A DNA stretch of 52,294 nt from Chthoniobacterales bacterium (lineage in GTDB: Bacteria; Verrucomicrobiota; Verrucomicrobiia; Chthoniobacterales; JBDTJR01). Each line of letters opens with the position of its first letter. Position 1 is the first letter of the stretch. Both the position numbers and the translations under genes were made by a program. Below are positions 48,980 to 52,294 of this stretch, one piece after another. Where the stretch lies: assembly GCA_039935735.1 (NCBI GenBank), contig JBDTJR010000258.1, positions 1 to 52,294 on the forward strand, given 5' to 3'. The notes beneath the pieces were generated by a model. The model was not told where the DNA came from, made no database searches, and worked only from the letters and a program-made list of their open reading frames with translations.

Positions 48980-51745
48980 ATGAAGAGTTCTTTTACGAGC
49001 CGCTGGAATCAAGCTCTGTTGGATGAAAATTATGATCGCTGGAGTAAAAACCCCAAATCGGTAGATGCCGATTGGGCCGCGTTTTTTGAAGGCTTTGAAC
49101 TCGGTTTTGCCAAAAGCAAAAAAAATGGAGTCGCCGAGACCACTGCCACCTCATCCTCCGTATCTGCCACGGACGCCGCTTTTCAAACGCATGTCGATGC
49201 GCTGATAAATGCCTACCGCTCGCTTGGCCATACAATGGCCCAGGTTGATCCTTTATGCGAGGAAGCCACATCGAATCCCTTGCTCAGCCTTGAGGCACTT
49301 GGCTTCTCCGAGTCCGATCTGGATCGCGAGGTCTCCTCCATTAATTACAAAGGCGGACAAGCCCTTAAGCTCCGCGACCTGATTGCTCAACTGCAACAGG
49401 TGTACTGCCAAACCATCGGCGTGGAGTACATGCATATTCAGAACCCTGTCATACGTGAATGGGTTCGGGATCGTATCGAAACTCGGGATACGGCAGCACG
49501 ACAGGAAGCATCGCTGCATCGCGATCTTCTTTCGTGGATTTATCGCTCGGAAACTTTCGAAAGCTTTATTCATACAAAATACGTGGGCAGCAAACGCTTC
49601 TCACTCGAAGGCGGGGAATCTTTGATTCTCGCGCTGGCGACTGTTCTCGATAATTGCGAAACGCACGGTATCAAGGAAATCGTGATGGGCATGGCTCACC
49701 GTGGTCGCTTGAACGTCCTCGCGAACTTCCTCAATAAACCGCTCAGTGTTATTTTTAATGAATTTTCCGACGACTACACACCCGAGCACACCGGCGGCAG
49801 TGGCGACGTAAAGTATCACCTCGGCTATCAGACCACGCACAAAACCCCGAGTGGGCACACCGTGGAAGTTTGTCTCACGGCAAATCCAAGCCACCTCGAA
49901 GCGGTTAACCCCGTGGTGGAAGGCAAGGCCCGTGCGCGTCAGCGTGTTCTCAAAGATACGGCCGAACGCAAAAAAGTGCTCCCACTTCTCATTCATGGCG
50001 ATGCGGCATTCGCAGGCCAGGGTGTTGTTGCCGAAGTTTTAAATATGTCGCAGCTTCCCGGCTATCGCACGGGCGGCACGCTGCATATCATTATTAATAA
50101 CCAGATCGGCTTTACGACATTGCCCGCCGATGCGCGGTCGACACTGTATTGCACAGATATCGCAAAAATCGTGGATGCGCCGATCTTTCACGTGAATGGC
50201 GATGATCCGATCGCGGTCATTACCGTCTCGAAAATGGCGATCGATTTCCGCCAGCAATTTGGCTGCGACGTCGTGATTGATATCGTCTGCTACCGACGCC
50301 AGGGCCACAACGAAGGCGAGGAGCCTGCATTCACGCAGCCGAATCTTTACGCGAAGATCAAGTCGCACCCGCTTATCAGCGAGAAATTCAAAAAAGAAGT
50401 TCTCGCACTGGGCACAGTCACGGAAACCGAGGTGGAGGACATTCGTAAGAAGGTTCTTTCGCAAATGGATGCCGCGCTCGCGGAGGTCAAAGAAAAGGCC
50501 AAGGAAAAATCCGCAAATGGCAAAGCCGCATTTGCCGGATCGACGGCCATTTTCCAAAAACCATACGCCCACGACATTGTTGATACGAAGATTACTAAAG
50601 GAGTTCTGGAGAAAATCGTCCGCACATTGACTACTGTGCCGGAAGGATTCCGCGTGCTTCCTAAGGTAAAACGCATCTTTATTGATCGCCGTCTCAAAAC
50701 CTGGGAGGCAGGTGGCCCTTATGATTGGGCTTACGCGGAATCACTCGCGTTTGGTTCGTTGCTTTTGGAAAATACTCCTGTTCGCCTTTCCGGACAGGAT
50801 AGCCGCCGCGGCACTTTCAGCCAGCGCATGAGCGTGTTTTACGACGAGAAAACCAGAGAGCGCTATATTCCTCTCTCGCATCTGGACGACAAGCAACCGA
50901 ATTTCTGCGTTTACAACAGCCTGCTTTCGGAAGCGGCGGTGCTTGGCTTCGACTACGGCTACTCGATGGATTACCCCTCGATGCTCTGCCTCTGGGAAGC
51001 GCAATTCGGCGATTTCTCAAACGGTGCGCAGGTCATCATCGATCAATTCATCGCCTCCGCGGAATCGAAGTGGCAGCGTCCGAGTTCGATTGTGATGCTG
51101 CTTCCTCACGGTTATGAGGGACAGGGGCCGGAACACTCCAGCGCCCGTCTTGAGCGATTCCTTCAACTCTGCGCGGAAGACAATATGCAGGTCTGTAATC
51201 TTACAACGCCCGCACAGTATTTCCATGCGCTACGACGCCAGATTCACCGCAACACGCGCAAGCCGCTCATCATCATGACGCCGAAAAGCCTCCTGCGTTC
51301 CGAGCAGGCGGTATCCACGACGGAAGATTTTACAAACTCGCACTTCAAGGAGATCCTCGAAGGCCCTGCTCCTAAAAATGCGGACAAGGTGAACCGGATC
51401 ATTCTCTGCTCCGGCAAGGTTTATTACGATTTACTGACCTACCGTACGGAAAATAAACTGGATGACTCGACTGCCCTTCTTCGGGTGGAGCAGATCTATC
51501 CGCTCCATGAGGAAGAACTCATGCGTCTGGTGAAGCAGTATAAAAATGCGAAGAGCTTCGTGTGGTGCCAGGAAGAGCCTCAAAACATGGGCGCCTGGAC
51601 ATTTATCGAACCTTACCTGCGCCGACTTTTAGGCCAGGATGTCGCTTACTCCGGTCGCGAAGCCAGCGCAAGCCCCGCAGTCGGTGCGCAATCTATTCAC
51701 AAAAAACAACAGGCCGAACTCGTCAGCAACGCGTTCAAGGTATAA
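48980..51745 (+). CDS. sucA: 2-oxoglutarate dehydrogenase E1 component
   Basis: KRFSLEGGE, GMAHRGRLNVL, GDVKYHLG, NPSHLE, HGDAAFAGQG, RLSGQDSRRGTFSQR, WEAQFGDF and LPHGYEGQGPEHSSAR. Confidence 0.98.
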   Translation: MKSSFTSRWNQALLDENYDRWSKNPKSVDADWAAFFEGFELGFAKSKKNGVAETTATSSSVSATDAAFQTHVDALINAYRSLGHTMAQVDPLCEEATSNPLLSLEALGFSESDLDREVSSINYKGGQALKLRDLIAQLQQVYCQTIGVEYMHIQNPVIREWVRDRIETRDTAARQEASLHRDLLSWIYRSETFESFIHTKYVGSKRFSLEGGESLILALATVLDNCETHGIKEIVMGMAHRGRLNVLANFLNKPLSVIFNEFSDDYTPEHTGGSGDVKYHLGYQTTHKTPSGHTVEVCLTANPSHLEAVNPVVEGKARARQRVLKDTAERKKVLPLLIHGDAAFAGQGVVAEVLNMSQLPGYRTGGTLHIIINNQIGFTTLPADARSTLYCTDIAKIVDAPIFHVNGDDPIAVITVSKMAIDFRQQFGCDVVIDIVCYRRQGHNEGEEPAFTQPNLYAKIKSHPLISEKFKKEVLALGTVTETEVEDIRKKVLSQMDAALAEVKEKAKEKSANGKAAFAGSTAIFQKPYAHDIVDTKITKGVLEKIVRTLTTVPEGFRVLPKVKRIFIDRRLKTWEAGGPYDWAYAESLAFGSLLLENTPVRLSGQDSRRGTFSQRMSVFYDEKTRERYIPLSHLDDKQPNFCVYNSLLSEAAVLGFDYGYSMDYPSMLCLWEAQFGDFSNGAQVIIDQFIASAESKWQRPSSIVMLLPHGYEGQGPEHSSARLERFLQLCAEDNMQVCNLTTPAQYFHALRRQIHRNTRKPLIIMTPKSLLRSEQAVSTTEDFTNSHFKEILEGPAPKNADKVNRIILCSGKVYYDLLTYRTENKLDDSTALLRVEQIYPLHEEELMRLVKQYKNAKSFVWCQEEPQNMGAWTFIEPYLRRLLGQDVAYSGREASASPAVGAQSIHKKQQAELVSNAFKV

Positions 51746-51768
51746 AACGTCTCAACTTTATTGATCCC

Positions 51769-52294
51769 ATGAGTATCGAAGTCAAAGTCCCTTCTGTCGG
51801 CGAATCCATCACTTCCGGCGTCCTTTCCATCTGGCATAAAAAAGATGGCGAAAGCGTTTCTCCCGGCGATGTGCTCTATACTTTGGAAACGGATAAAGTT
51901 TCCACCGAAGTTCAGGCGAATGACGCGGGCGTGTTAAAAGTTGCCGTCCAGGAAGGCGATGAAGTCAAAGTTGGCCAGATAATTGCAACTCTCGAAGAGG
52001 GCAAAGGTGCGGCTCCCGAGGCCAAACCCAAAAAGGAAGCAGAGAAAGCCGCTTCCGCGAAAGAAGAGAAGTCGGAAGCCGCGCTTAAAAAAGCAGAACC
52101 TGCTCCCGAAGCGCCAAAAGCGGTTGCTCTTGCTCCCGCCGCTGCGCCTCGGCCAGAAGGACGCACGACGCGGAAAAAACTTAGCCCTCTACGCCGTAAG
52201 ATCGCCACGCAACTGGTGAGCGCACAGCAAACGGCAGCGATTCTCACGACTTTCAACGAGTGCGACATGAGCACTGTGATGCAGTTCCGTAAGC
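51769..52294 (+). CDS. sucB: 2-oxoglutarate dehydrogenase E2 (dihydrolipoamide succinyltransferase), N-terminal part; truncated by the window edge
   Basis: Not in the ORF track. Manual translation gives MSIEVKVPSVGESITSG...LETDKV (lipoyl lysine)...Ala/Lys/Pro linker...LSPLRRKIATQLVSAQQTAAILTTFNECDM. Directly follows sucA. Confidence 0.96.
   Translation, partial: MSIEVKVPSVGESITSGVLSIWHKKDGESVSPGDVLYTLETDKVSTEVQANDAGVLKVAVQEGDEVKVGQIIATLEEGKGAAPEAKPKKEAEKAASAKEEKSEAALKKAEPAPEAPKAVALAPAAAPRPEGRTTRKKLSPLRRKIATQLVSAQQTAAILTTFNECDMSTVMQFRK

Overview
Gene-dense bacterial chromosomal window with about 42 CDS. The gene set suggests a PVC-superphylum organism, probably Verrucomicrobia (inference). 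No rRNA, tRNA, CRISPR array, transposase or integrase was recognised. Housekeeping genes flank the window: partial proS, an M20 peptidase, an epimerase, an aldehyde dehydrogenase, yebC, an FKBP and mobA on the left; alaS, a GldA/F/G-like ABC cluster with DUF4340, sucA and partial sucB on the right. Two accessory systems lie between them. (1) A tightly coupled five-gene operon (11914-17560) encodes a secreted TPR protein, a PqqD/RRE protein, an ATP-grasp ligase, a LysA-fold PLP enzyme and a urea-transporter/M23-peptidase fusion. It is divergent from a LytS/LytTR pair, with three direct repeats at a 21-bp period in the shared promoter. No precursor peptide gene is visible, but the PLP enzyme starts with a lasso-leader-like YxxPxI motif. 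This operon is the best candidate for an undescribed system. (2) An 18-kb, 10-gene MoxR/DUF58/BatA-VWA cluster (21397-39593) carries four secreted accessory proteins, several with carbohydrate-associated domains. A ~130-bp palindromic MITE/REP-like element sits at 6414-6546. All family calls come from reading motifs by eye, not from database searches.
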